A stretch of 45,854 nucleotides of DNA, taken from assembly GCA_963926035.1 (NCBI GenBank), contig CAWUWH010000044.1:1-45854 (forward strand), in the 5' to 3' direction. Within the stretch, counting starts at the first letter, position 1, and every line of letters begins with the position of its first letter. The position numbers were made by a program, and so were the translations under genes. The DNA comes from an uncultured Rhodospirillales bacterium. GTDB lineage: Bacteria; Pseudomonadota; Alphaproteobacteria; Rhodospirillales; Casp-alpha2. The notes below the pieces were generated by a model, which was not told the DNA's origin, searched no databases, and was given only the letters and a program-made list of their open reading frames with translations. This document shows, piece by piece, positions 11,313 through 20,857 of the stretch.

Positions 11313-11487
11313 TCCATATGCCTTTTTTGATCACAATCGATTATAACATGAGTGGTTTGCTAGACCTTAGCAAGAAACGTTGCGGATTGTGAGAAACATC
11401 ATGAACATCATCAACATTATGAAAACGTTAGACGTGTTGTCTGTGATAATGCGCACGAGATTTTAAAAATTTAGACGGAGACCGACG

Positions 11488-12078
11488 ATGCGGCAATGCT
11501 TAGATGAAAATGCTTTGGATTTAATGTTCAGAAAAGCGCGGACACAAAACGATTGGCTACCGTTGCCTAATGAAACAATAGTGCTGGAGGCGATTTGGGA
11601 TGATGCCCGCATGGGGCCAACAAGTGCGAATTGTAGTTCAGCGCGCATTGTCTTTGTCACCACAAAGGTAGCGAAAGAGAAATTGCGCCCAAGCTTGATG
11701 GGAGGAAACGTCGAGAAAGTGATGGACGCTCCTGTTACGGTGATCATTGGTTATGACACAGCATTCTATGAAAAATTACCCGTATTATTTCCGCATACAG
11801 ATGCAAAGTCATGGTTCATCGGAAACGATGATATAATACAAGAAATAGCTTTCCGGAATGGCACATTACATGCGGCCTACCTGATACTTGCTGCCCGGGC
11901 GCACGGTCTGGATTGCGGGCCGATGTCTGACTTCGAGAATAAACAGGTTGATGATACATTTTTTAAGGGCATGACAATTTGATCCAACTTCATTTGCAGT
12001 TTAGGTTACGGTAGCGATAAAAAGCTATATCCAAGAGGCCCGCGGCTATCGTTTGCAGAGGCTTGCCGCGTCGCATAA
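11488..12078 (+). pseudogene. rutE: RutE/YcdI-type nitroreductase (malonic semialdehyde reductase) interrupted by in-frame TGA at 11980-11982
   Basis: GPTSANCS, RNGTLHAAY and GLDCGPMS motifs. The same frame continues after the TGA as [31 protein letters not shown] to TAA at 12078, matching the usual RutE C-terminus. Confidence 0.82.
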
Positions 12079-12105
12079 ACATGAGGGCGTGGAGATCTCC
12101 ACGCT

Positions 12106-13497
12106 TTGATGAAGAAAAAACAGGAAGCCCTCGTGAGCAGGAATGTAATCTCTGCAAGCATTTATGTTGTTCTGGTTGTGGTGGCTATCATATCGCGTAT
12201 CTTGCCATTTCCATTTGGCCGCGAGATCGGCATTGCCCTTACAGTTCTCTTCTTGAGCCTGGAAATCTTTCGTGCGCCCCCTTTACAGAGAAACGTTGGC
12301 GGTTTGATCTTTTTCGCTGGCGCTGCCGCGGCATGGGCCGGCGGTGATCTTATTGGCGGCCTGATGGATGGTCTAGAGCGCTCACAGATTTTTCTGGTGA
12401 TGTTCTTTGCTGTGACCTGGCTTAGAGAGCCAGCAGTGACCAGCCCTTCACTTCGACTGCTTCGTGATTCCGTTATTGCGCAACCTGCAGGGCGGAGATA
12501 TCCAATTCTTTGGCTAAGCGCGCATTTCTTAGGGTCGGTTCTGAATTTAGCTGCAATGAGTTTGCTTTCGAGTATGGCCGGGGAGCAAAAAGATCGACAC
12601 CTTAAGAAAAGATTGTCGATTGCGTTGATGATGGGGTTCACGACGGCATCAACGTGGGGGCCATTTTATGTAAGTATAGCGGTTGTTCTTACAGCGATCC
12701 CAAGTGTCCGATGGATTGAAATAGCGCCCTTGGGCTTTGTCCTTTCAATGATATTGTTGTTCGTTGGATGGGGGTATGATCGATTATTTCTTCGTGAGAA
12801 AGCCGCAACTGAAGGGCACCGTGAAGCTGTGCCAATGACCTTACAAACGGTCGGGCGTTCGGCATTTCTTTTATTACAGTTGATCGTTCTTGTGATGGGT
12901 TCGCATGAGATTATAGGACTACCTATTCCCATCGCGTTGGGTGTTATTGGGCCGCCGTTCGCAATTGCATGGGCAGCTGTCCAGGCACGCAAAGGATACC
13001 GTTGGGCTGGTGGCGCCATGCCCCTCCTTCATCGGATATTTATTAATCTCCCTGAATTGCGGAATGAGGCAGTCGCTTTCGTTGCCGCATCAGTTCTGGG
13101 CGTTGGCGTATCAAAGGTCCTGCCTCCTGAAGTGATAAGCGCGCAACTTCAATCACTAAGTATTACAGGGGATGCCGTCATTGTTTATCTGATATTTGGC
13201 ATGACACTTGCTGGCGTTGCAGGTCTACATCCGGTTATCCTTGCGATATTGGTAGGCGAGGTGATGCCGCCAGAAATTATTGGTGTTGCACCAGAAGTGA
13301 TGGCAATGGCTATGCTTGGTGTGTGGGGGACATCAACGATGGTATCTCCATTTTCGGCCACAACATTGTTTATGGCAAGGGTTGTGAATGTGCCAAGCCA
13401 TATAATTGCATGGCGATGGGATGTCCCCGTTGTTCTTCTTTCGGCAACTGTGGTTGCGGCGTATGTCGTTACAATCCGTCACTTGCTGTACACATAA
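12106..13497 (+). CDS. Uncharacterised polytopic membrane protein, probable secondary transporter
   Basis: 463 aa with about 12-13 hydrophobic segments and a central hydrophilic loop; GGAG Shine-Dalgarno upstream. Family not confidently recognised. Confidence 0.7.
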   Translation: MMKKKQEALVSRNVISASIYVVLVVVAIISRILPFPFGREIGIALTVLFLSLEIFRAPPLQRNVGGLIFFAGAAAAWAGGDLIGGLMDGLERSQIFLVMFFAVTWLREPAVTSPSLRLLRDSVIAQPAGRRYPILWLSAHFLGSVLNLAAMSLLSSMAGEQKDRHLKKRLSIALMMGFTTASTWGPFYVSIAVVLTAIPSVRWIEIAPLGFVLSMILLFVGWGYDRLFLREKAATEGHREAVPMTLQTVGRSAFLLLQLIVLVMGSHEIIGLPIPIALGVIGPPFAIAWAAVQARKGYRWAGGAMPLLHRIFINLPELRNEAVAFVAASVLGVGVSKVLPPEVISAQLQSLSITGDAVIVYLIFGMTLAGVAGLHPVILAILVGEVMPPEIIGVAPEVMAMAMLGVWGTSTMVSPFSATTLFMARVVNVPSHIIAWRWDVPVVLLSATVVAAYVVTIRHLLYT

Positions 13498-13510
13498 GGA
13501 CGAAGCTTCA

Positions 13511-14191
13511 ATGACGCTAATGCTAGGGATTGATACCGCAACGACAGGATGTTCAGTTGCTTTAATGGACGGTGCAACGTGTCTTGCTGAAAATCAGTCA
13601 AGGATGCCTCGTGGGCAATCTGAAGCTCTCGCCCCAATGATTGAAGACGCCATGAAGTCGGCCGGCATCTCATTTGATCGTCTAGACGGCATTGCTGTGA
13701 CGCGCGGCCCTGGTGCATTCACTGGAATAAGGATCGGTCTCGCAGCAGCCCGGGCAATGGCGTTATCGATTGCAAAGCCATGTATCGGAATCACAACGTT
13801 TGATTCCTTATCAGCGCAGGCACGGCAGCGTGAAAATATAGAAACCGGCACGGCATTGCTTGTCGCAATTGAAAGTAAGCGGGCAGAGATATTCGTCAGC
13901 ATTTATGGATCTGACGACACTCTGTTGATCGAACCAAGTGCGGTGCGACCTGAAGCTATTGAAAAGATGCTTGAAGGCATCACCTCGGTCGTCATTGTTG
14001 GAGATGCATCTCAAAGGGCTGAAAGCGCACTCATTGGCTGCATAGACGAGCGACGTATTGAAGACATCGAAGTTCCTGATGCTAAAGTCGTTGCTAGCCT
14101 TGGGTTAAATCTTTTGGGAACGCCTGAATTAGCAACGCCAACGCCGTTTTACCTCCGGCCGCCAGACGCCTCTATACCAAAACAAAAATAG
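13511..14191 (+). CDS. tsaB: tRNA t6A biosynthesis protein TsaB
   Basis: LGIDTATTGCSVAL and AVTRGPGAFTGIRIG, C-terminal PFYLRPPDA. AAGGA Shine-Dalgarno precedes ATG 13511. Confidence 0.95.
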   Translation: MTLMLGIDTATTGCSVALMDGATCLAENQSRMPRGQSEALAPMIEDAMKSAGISFDRLDGIAVTRGPGAFTGIRIGLAAARAMALSIAKPCIGITTFDSLSAQARQRENIETGTALLVAIESKRAEIFVSIYGSDDTLLIEPSAVRPEAIEKMLEGITSVVIVGDASQRAESALIGCIDERRIEDIEVPDAKVVASLGLNLLGTPELATPTPFYLRPPDASIPKQK

Positions 14192-14196
14192 AGACT

Positions 14197-14466
14197 TCAA
14201 GCCTCTTTCTTGATCCACAGGGTATAAACATCAGTTTCGGTGCTTTCTGGCTCAATACCTAGAATGGTATGGCCGTGCTGACCTGCTGATTTTGGCACAT
14301 TTTCCAGAGGCTCTTTGCCTTTGAGGCGAACTTCCAAGACGTCGCCAACAGCGATTTTTTCAAGCATCAGCTTGGTTTGCACGAATGTCATCGGGCAAAT
14401 AAAGCCCGTTATATCAATCTGATGATCTGAATTAATTGTATCCGGTTTATGGTTTTCTGTTGCCAT
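14197..14466 (-). CDS. TusA/SirA-family sulfur carrier protein
   Basis: IDITGFICPMTFVQTKL..L......GDVLEV and EPLENVP pattern; start uncertain (14466 or 14475). Confidence 0.85.
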   Translation of the reverse strand: MATENHKPDTINSDHQIDITGFICPMTFVQTKLMLEKIAVGDVLEVRLKGKEPLENVPKSAGQHGHTILGIEPESTETDVYTLWIKKEA

Positions 14467-14752
14467 GTCTATCACTTTAGCTGCTCTCTGAATTTACTTG
14501 TGCAGATTGATGTTTTTAAGCTTTGTGGACAATCAATTTTTTTATTCATTTAAACTATGATCCCAAAAACATAGTGCCTGTGACTGTAATCGTATATTAT
14601 GTATAAAAGCGGTAAAAAGATTGGCACGGGCCGCAAATCTGACATGAAGAAACGATATAAATGATAGGTTGCTTCTCGTGTATTTCCAGTCAGGGTCTTC
14701 ACATGTGATTGATGGCGGGCTACCATTTAAATATATCATTTAGGGGACGCAA

Positions 14753-15181
14753 ATGGGCGAAACTCGCCTTGAGAGATTGTGCATCGAAAAAGGCATGAAA
14801 ATGACCGAGCAACGGCGTATTATTGCGCGTGTTCTGTCGGTTGCTGATGATCACCCAGATGTTGAGGAAGTTTATCGCCGCGCATCTGAACTAGATTCTA
14901 AGATTTCTATTGCAACGGTTTATCGAACAATGCGTTTGTTTGAAGATGAGGGCATTGTTGATCGTCATGATTTTGGTGATGGCCGCGCGCGCTATGAGGA
15001 AACCTCTGAAGAACATCATGATCATTTAATCGATGTTAAATCTGGTCGCGTGATTGAATTTCACAATGAGGAGATTGAGGCCCTGCAAGAGCGTATTGCT
15101 CGCGAGCACGGCCTTAAGCTCGTTGACCATCGGCTTGAGCTGTATGGCGTGCCATTGACGGAGCCAGATCAGAAGAAATGA
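14753..15181 (+). CDS. fur: Fur-family regulator (alphaproteobacterial Fur/Mur clade)
   Basis: MTEQRRIIA, DHPDVEE, SIATVYRT, HHDHLID and HRLELYG. Confidence 0.93.
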   Translation: MGETRLERLCIEKGMKMTEQRRIIARVLSVADDHPDVEEVYRRASELDSKISIATVYRTMRLFEDEGIVDRHDFGDGRARYEETSEEHHDHLIDVKSGRVIEFHNEEIEALQERIAREHGLKLVDHRLELYGVPLTEPDQKK

Positions 15182-15206
15182 GCAATGATTAGTGAGACGT
15201 GTTTGC

Positions 15207-15236
15207 CTTGACAGACCAGCATCAGATTATCATGTT
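15207..15236 (+). promoter_or_regulatory. Putative sigma70 promoter of the miaB operon
   Basis: CTTGACA-N17-CATGTT in the fur-miaB gap. Confidence 0.4.
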
Positions 15237-15302
15237 CCGCACCCCAATGCCTTGTCGCGTATACAAGCATGAATTCCGTATACTTTGGATAGTGAGGACG
15301 TA

Positions 15303-16694
15303 TTGAAAAAATCGGTCCACATTAAGTCATATGGCTGCCAAATGAATGTTTATGATGCATCGCGTATGGCTGATGTATTGGCACCATTAGGATATGTGTC
15401 AGCAGATGAGATGACAGGCGCCGATCTTGTTATTTTAAACACCTGCCATATTCGTGAGAAGGCCGCAGAAAAAGTGTATTCTGAGCTTGGCCGCTTGAAG
15501 CTAGAAAAAGACGCGCGAAAGTCTTCTGAAAATCCTATGCGGATTGCCGTTGGCGGCTGTGTCGCGCAGGCTGAAGGTGAAGAAATTCTGAGGCGCGCAC
15601 CCTACGTTGATCTGGTATTTGGGCCACAGACTTACCATCGATTGGCACTCATGCTGAACGAATTTGAAAGCCATGGAAAACCCGTCGTTGATACGGAATT
15701 CCCAGCAGATGATAAGTTTGATCAATTGCCTGATGCGAGCAAAGTCGAGGGAGCAAGCGCTTTCCTGACAGTGCAAGAAGGTTGCGATAAATTCTGTACT
15801 TTCTGTGTGGTGCCTTACACGCGAGGGTCTGAGTTTTCCAGGCCCGTTGACCCTGTGATGCGCGAAGCCCGTTTATTGGTTGGTAAAGGTGCGCGCGAAA
15901 TCTCACTGCTAGGTCAAAACGTGAATGCATATCATGGTATCAATGAGCAAGCAGATGGCACGCAGACGGAATGGACGTTGGGACGGTTAATCCGAGAGCT
16001 GGCTGAAATTGATGGCGTTGAGCGTATCCGGTATACGACCTCTTATCCTGCTGAAGTCGATGAAGATTTGATCGAGGCGCATAGGGATGTCCCTGAACTT
16101 ATGCCTTACTTGCACCTTCCCGTTCAGTCGGGTGCAGACAAAGTTCTGAAAGCGATGAATAGACGCCATACTTCAGGCGACTATAAGGATATTGTCGCAC
16201 GGTTGAGAATTGCTCAGCCTGATCTTGCTCTGTCTTCTGATTTTATCGTTGGCTTCCCGGGCGAAAGTGACGCCGATTTTGAAGAGACGATGGCTCTCGT
16301 TCGTGACGTCGGATTTGTGCAAGCTTATTCGTTCAAATATAGCCCTCGACCGGGTACACCTGCGGCAGATATGATAGATCAAGTTCCTGAACATATAAAG
16401 TCTGCACGACTTCAAGAGCTGCAGGCCGAACTTTCGCGACAGCAAATTGCGTTCAATCAGTCATGTATTGGGCGAAGCCTGCCCGTTTTGTTCGATCGGC
16501 GTGGTTCGCGCTCGGGCCAACTTGTTGGCCGAAGCCCATATATGCAAAGTGTTCATGTTGATTTGCCAGACTCGTATTTAGGAGAGATGATGACGGTCAA
16601 AATAGATGAGGCGAAACCTAGCAGTCTTACAGGCGTCGTCGTAGAGAAAATTGACCGAGTATCCCAAATGCCACGCCAGGAGGCTGTCGCTTGA
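15303..16694 (+). CDS. miaB: tRNA-2-methylthio-N6-dimethylallyladenosine synthase MiaB
   Basis: SYGCQMN, NTCHIREKA, radical-SAM CDKFCTFC and a TRAM domain. TTG 15303 follows GAGGA (ORF track starts at 15285). Confidence 0.96.
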   Translation: MKKSVHIKSYGCQMNVYDASRMADVLAPLGYVSADEMTGADLVILNTCHIREKAAEKVYSELGRLKLEKDARKSSENPMRIAVGGCVAQAEGEEILRRAPYVDLVFGPQTYHRLALMLNEFESHGKPVVDTEFPADDKFDQLPDASKVEGASAFLTVQEGCDKFCTFCVVPYTRGSEFSRPVDPVMREARLLVGKGAREISLLGQNVNAYHGINEQADGTQTEWTLGRLIRELAEIDGVERIRYTTSYPAEVDEDLIEAHRDVPELMPYLHLPVQSGADKVLKAMNRRHTSGDYKDIVARLRIAQPDLALSSDFIVGFPGESDADFEETMALVRDVGFVQAYSFKYSPRPGTPAADMIDQVPEHIKSARLQELQAELSRQQIAFNQSCIGRSLPVLFDRRGSRSGQLVGRSPYMQSVHVDLPDSYLGEMMTVKIDEAKPSSLTGVVVEKIDRVSQMPRQEAVA

Positions 16695-17734
16695 GCCGCG
16701 CAACACGTACGGCGCCGCGCGCAAAGTCATCTGCCAAGACAACACGTAAAAAGACATTTCAAAAAAATGGATTGGCGATTGCGCTGTTTGGTTCACACCA
16801 TAGCCATCTTACACTCGTTGAAACAGCCCTAAATGTGGTTATCCATGCGCGGGGAAATGAAGTCACAATTACAGGCGATGCAGAGGCTGTAGCACGGTCA
16901 TTAAGCGTTCTTAACGGATTGTACGAGCGTCTTGAGCGTGGCCAAGACATTGAAGAAGCGGAAGTCGATGCAATGTTGCGATTTTCTGCTGAACCAGAGC
17001 GAAAGATGCCGAGTACTGAAGGTAGCGTGAGCACGCTAAATCGTGTTGTAACCGCACGCACGCCAAAACAGGCGGATTATCTTCGTGCAATCGATGAGTC
17101 GGAGTTGGTGTTTTCTGAAGGGCCTGCGGGCACCGGGAAAACCTATCTGGCTGTGGCTAAGGCAGTTGAGCGGCTTGTCCGTGGAGATGTTGAGAGGATT
17201 ATTCTTTCACGCCCTGCCGTTGAAGCAGGTGAGCAACTTGGATTTTTACCTGGTGATATGCGTGAAAAAGTAGATCCGTATTTGCGGCCACTCTATGACG
17301 CGCTTCATGACATGATGCCGGCTCAACAGGTTCAAAAACGCCTTGAAAGCGGGGAAATCGAAGTCGCGCCGCTCGCGTTTATGCGCGGTCGAACGCTGGC
17401 GAATGCTTTCGTTATTCTTGATGAAGCACAGAACACAACTGCTGTGCAAATGAAGATGTTTTTAACGCGACTGGGTGAAAACTCACGGATGGTTATCACA
17501 GGTGACTTGAGCCAGGTCGATTTGCCACGTGGCATTCGCTCTGGATTACGTGATGCGCGTGAAGCCCTAACTGATGTTCAAGGCATTCGCTTTTTGCGCT
17601 TTGATGAGGAAGATGTCGTACGCCATCATCTCGTCGGTCGTATCGTAAAGGCTTACAACAGTCTTGAGAACAAGCGCGGTGCTGGCGCTCAATATCAACA
17701 CGATGACGGCGATCCGGAAAATAATGGCACCTGA
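16691..17734 (+). CDS. phoH: PhoH-family ATPase (YbeZ)
   Basis: GPAGTGKT, RPAVEAGEQLGFLPGD, AFMRGRT and DEAQN; overlaps the miaB stop. Confidence 0.95.
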   Translation: MSRATRTAPRAKSSAKTTRKKTFQKNGLAIALFGSHHSHLTLVETALNVVIHARGNEVTITGDAEAVARSLSVLNGLYERLERGQDIEEAEVDAMLRFSAEPERKMPSTEGSVSTLNRVVTARTPKQADYLRAIDESELVFSEGPAGTGKTYLAVAKAVERLVRGDVERIILSRPAVEAGEQLGFLPGDMREKVDPYLRPLYDALHDMMPAQQVQKRLESGEIEVAPLAFMRGRTLANAFVILDEAQNTTAVQMKMFLTRLGENSRMVITGDLSQVDLPRGIRSGLRDAREALTDVQGIRFLRFDEEDVVRHHLVGRIVKAYNSLENKRGAGAQYQHDDGDPENNGT

Positions 17735-18257
17735 AACGGCGAGTACGGACACACGTCTGCACGTCGATATTGATATCCGCACAAACGCTTGGCACGAAGA
17801 GCAAAGTAATATTGAGGCGCTCTCCAGGCTGGCTCTTGAAATGGCTTGGAAGTCTTTAGATTATCCGGAACGGGATTATGAAGTGTCTTTGGTTTTAGGT
17901 GATGATGAAATGCAACGTGCATTGAACAGTCAGTACCTTGGGAAAGATACTTCAACCAATGTGCTCTCATTTCCGAGTGACGAAACGGATACGTGTGACT
18001 TTCCTTTAGAGGCATCGCTTCCGCTAGGGGATATCATTGTTGCGTTTGAGACAGTGAAGCGGGAATGTGAGCAAGAAGAAGTATCTTTCTCAGACCATTT
18101 TTGCCATTTAGTGGTTCATGGGATGTTACATCTTGCGGGATTTGACCATATATCATCCGTGGAAGCCGAAGCTATGGAAGCGTTGGAAATCGACATTCTG
18201 TCAAAGCTTGGTATAAACAACCCCTATGCCGATGGTATTCTTTTGGACCACGGTTAA
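17724..18257 (+). CDS. ybeY: rRNA maturation endoribonuclease YbeY
   Basis: TNVLSFP, LGDI and HLVVHGMLHLAGFDH (H3xH5xH). Start uncertain; ATG 17724 chosen. Confidence 0.95.
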   Translation: MAPETASTDTRLHVDIDIRTNAWHEEQSNIEALSRLALEMAWKSLDYPERDYEVSLVLGDDEMQRALNSQYLGKDTSTNVLSFPSDETDTCDFPLEASLPLGDIIVAFETVKRECEQEEVSFSDHFCHLVVHGMLHLAGFDHISSVEAEAMEALEIDILSKLGINNPYADGILLDHG

Positions 18258-18268
18258 CGGAATTGAAG

Positions 18269-19240
18269 ATGAACGAAAAGATTACATCAACTGAAAACGC
18301 TGATCCGGCTCCAGATGAACCATCTAGTCCGAATGGACTAGAAATAGGAGCAGAAGAAATCAATAAGAACGGAAATTTCTCCACGGTGATGCGAGAACTA
18401 GTTCGAGGTTTTCGGCGGATATCAGGCAATGGCGGATCAGCTAGAGATACGCTTGATGAATTAATCGAAGGGCGTGAAGAAGCTGAGTTGCCGCTAGATT
18501 CTGATGAGCGGTTGCTGGTTGCCAATATTTTAGAGCTTCGAAACCTCACAATTTACGATGTTATGGTGCCGCGCGCTGACATTGTGGGTATCCCGCTTAA
18601 CGCATCCCTCGACGAAGTAATCGATTTAACGAAACGTGAAGGCCATTCTCGTCTGCCTGTTTATCGCAACACGTTGGACGATGTCCAAGGCATGGTCCAC
18701 ATCAAGGACGTATTGGGATGGCGGGGTAAAGACGCCGAATTCCGCATAGCCGATATTCAACGTAAACTTCTGTTTGTTGCGCCATCAATGCGCGTCCTGG
18801 AGCTCTTGCTCGAAATGCGCGTGAAGCGTTCGCACATGGCGCTGGTTGTTGATGAGTTTGGCGGTGTTGATGGTCTTGTCACGATTGAGGATCTTGTTGA
18901 AGAGATCGTCGGTGAAATTGATGACGAGCACGATCAAGATGATGAGCCCAAGATGGAGCGTCGAAAAGACGGCTCATGGGTGGCGGATGCACGTATTGAA
19001 TTGGATACATTTGAAGAGCGCGTAGGCTCTTCAATATTGGGTGACGACCATGAGGATATTGATACCCTCGGCGGTCTCGTCTTTGCTATCGCAGGTCGTG
19101 TCCCTATCCGAGGTGAAATTATTTCTCACCACAATGGCGTTGAGTTCGAGATACTGGATGCAGACCCCCGCCGCATACATCGGGTTCGGTTATGGCAACG
19201 TGAAAACGGTGAAGATAGCATTGTAGCGGCAATAGAATGA
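18269..19240 (+). CDS. corC: CBS-pair/CorC-HlyC protein (YbeX/CorC family)
   Basis: VMVPRADI, HSRLPVY, VVDEFGGVDGLVTIEDLVEEIVGEI, DTLGGLV; canonical position after ybeY. Confidence 0.9.
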   Translation: MNEKITSTENADPAPDEPSSPNGLEIGAEEINKNGNFSTVMRELVRGFRRISGNGGSARDTLDELIEGREEAELPLDSDERLLVANILELRNLTIYDVMVPRADIVGIPLNASLDEVIDLTKREGHSRLPVYRNTLDDVQGMVHIKDVLGWRGKDAEFRIADIQRKLLFVAPSMRVLELLLEMRVKRSHMALVVDEFGGVDGLVTIEDLVEEIVGEIDDEHDQDDEPKMERRKDGSWVADARIELDTFEERVGSSILGDDHEDIDTLGGLVFAIAGRVPIRGEIISHHNGVEFEILDADPRRIHRVRLWQRENGEDSIVAAIE

Positions 19241-20772
19241 TTGCCGCGGCTGGCTGGCGTCGTTGGCTATTCGCTCTTTCTATTGGTGCGCTGGCGGCGG
19301 CCGCACTGCCACCGTTCTATATTCTCCCTGTTTTATGGCTGTCATTCTCTGGCCTCGCATACCTTAATTTAACAGCAAATTGTTGGCGTCAGGCTTTCTT
19401 TGAAGGATGGCTATTCGGCGTTGGCTGGTTTGGTGCAGGTTTATATTGGGTTGGGCATGCATTCCTTGTTGATGCTGAACGTTATGCCTATTTAATGCCG
19501 TTTGCCGTGATTGGAATTTCCATTGGAATGGCAATTTTTATCGCCATTTCATCGGTTGGTGTGAACGTGATTGCGCGTCGGTTTAAACTTGATCGGTTTT
19601 CATACGTTCTCTTATTTGCAGGATGTTGGACATTGCTGGAATGGGTCCGTAGCTGGATCTTGACGGGCTTCCCATGGAATCCTCTTGGCTCAGTGTGGGG
19701 AAACTTGCCAGAAATGATGCAAATTGCGTCATACATAGGCACGCTTGGCTTGAGCATCATGACGGCCGTCGTTTTTGCGGCCCCAATAATCATGGTTGCT
19801 AATGTGCGACCGGTAACGGTTAAGCCTTGGATTATGGTTCTTGCCTTGAGCCTAACACTGCCTGCCATTTGGGCTGTGGGCGCTTGGCGTTTGAGTGCTG
19901 CACATATCGTTATGCACGACGATATATTGCTTCGCTTGGTGCAGCCCGTAATCCCGCAAGCGCTCAAATGGAAGTCAGAGCTTCGTCAACAACACGTCCT
20001 AAAACAGATGGCGATGAGCAATCGAACACCTGGCCCTGCAGGCAAGCCAACCCATGTAATTTGGGCTGAGACCAATGTTCCATATCTCATTGATCCCAAT
20101 TCACCTTTGCCCTCGTCCTTGGCTGCAGCTGTTCCCAGGCATGGTGCATTGATTTTTGGTGCGCCACGCCGAGATGAAGCGGGCAAAGTCTACAATAGTA
20201 TGTTTGCTATCGATGACGAAGGTGTGGTTCAAGCGACCTTTGATAAATTTCACCTGGTCCCATTTGGTGAGTACGTTCCTTTCAGAGGAATTTTGCCGCT
20301 TGAGAAGCTTACAGGAGGACGTGGCGATTTCACCCCAGGATTTGGACCACAGACACTTGCGATCAAAAAATTACCGCCGTTTGCAGCACTGATTTGTTAT
20401 GAGGTGATATTTTCTGGCCAAATTGTGAACTCTGAGGCGCGGCCAGAATGGATACTGAATATTACGAATGATGCCTGGTTTGGCCCTTCATCTGGCCCCA
20501 GACAACACTTGGTGCAAGCTCAATTGCGTGCGATTGAAGAAGGGCTGCCTCTTGTTCGAGTTGCGAATACAGGCATTTCAGCAGTCATTGATCCATATGG
20601 CAGGATTATTGATCGTATAGAGCTTGATCAATCGGGCGTTTTAGATTCTCCACTGCCCAAGCCTATCGCAGCAACTGTATTCTCGGCTTTTGGACAAGGC
20701 ATAGGGCTTGGTATCGCAATACTCGCCATTCTAATATCGACGGGCTTCAGTTATTTTCAAAATCGCCATTGA
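19237..20772 (+). CDS. lnt: Apolipoprotein N-acyltransferase
   Basis: LTGFPWN, WAE, KFHLVPFGEY, ICYE, TNDAWFG and RVANTGIS. Confidence 0.96.
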   Translation: MIAAAGWRRWLFALSIGALAAAALPPFYILPVLWLSFSGLAYLNLTANCWRQAFFEGWLFGVGWFGAGLYWVGHAFLVDAERYAYLMPFAVIGISIGMAIFIAISSVGVNVIARRFKLDRFSYVLLFAGCWTLLEWVRSWILTGFPWNPLGSVWGNLPEMMQIASYIGTLGLSIMTAVVFAAPIIMVANVRPVTVKPWIMVLALSLTLPAIWAVGAWRLSAAHIVMHDDILLRLVQPVIPQALKWKSELRQQHVLKQMAMSNRTPGPAGKPTHVIWAETNVPYLIDPNSPLPSSLAAAVPRHGALIFGAPRRDEAGKVYNSMFAIDDEGVVQATFDKFHLVPFGEYVPFRGILPLEKLTGGRGDFTPGFGPQTLAIKKLPPFAALICYEVIFSGQIVNSEARPEWILNITNDAWFGPSSGPRQHLVQAQLRAIEEGLPLVRVANTGISAVIDPYGRIIDRIELDQSGVLDSPLPKPIAATVFSAFGQGIGLGIAILAILISTGFSYFQNRH

Positions 20773-20857
20773 GGATATTACTACATTATTCATTCTTGTT
20801 TAACGAGTGTATAGTTTTTCTCGTATAATTCGTGTAATAAAGACCTAAGACGCTGAT

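Noticed and set aside
11980-12030. Selenocysteine or a reassigned TGA in rutE
   Set aside because: The position corresponds to a basic residue rather than Cys, no convincing SECIS hairpin follows, and TGA is the normal stop of glnD, murJ, trpS and other genes here.
13406-13510. N-terminal extension of TsaB
   Set aside because: It overlaps the upstream gene; the conserved LGIDTA start follows ATG 13511.
14621-14636. Sigma54-like TTGGCACG upstream of fur
   Set aside because: The GG to GC spacing is 8 nt rather than the required 10.
14542-14739. 65-aa minus-strand ORF in the tusA-fur gap, considered as a mucR remnant
   Set aside because: It has no MucR zinc-finger or other recognisable motif; this is an AT-rich divergent promoter region.
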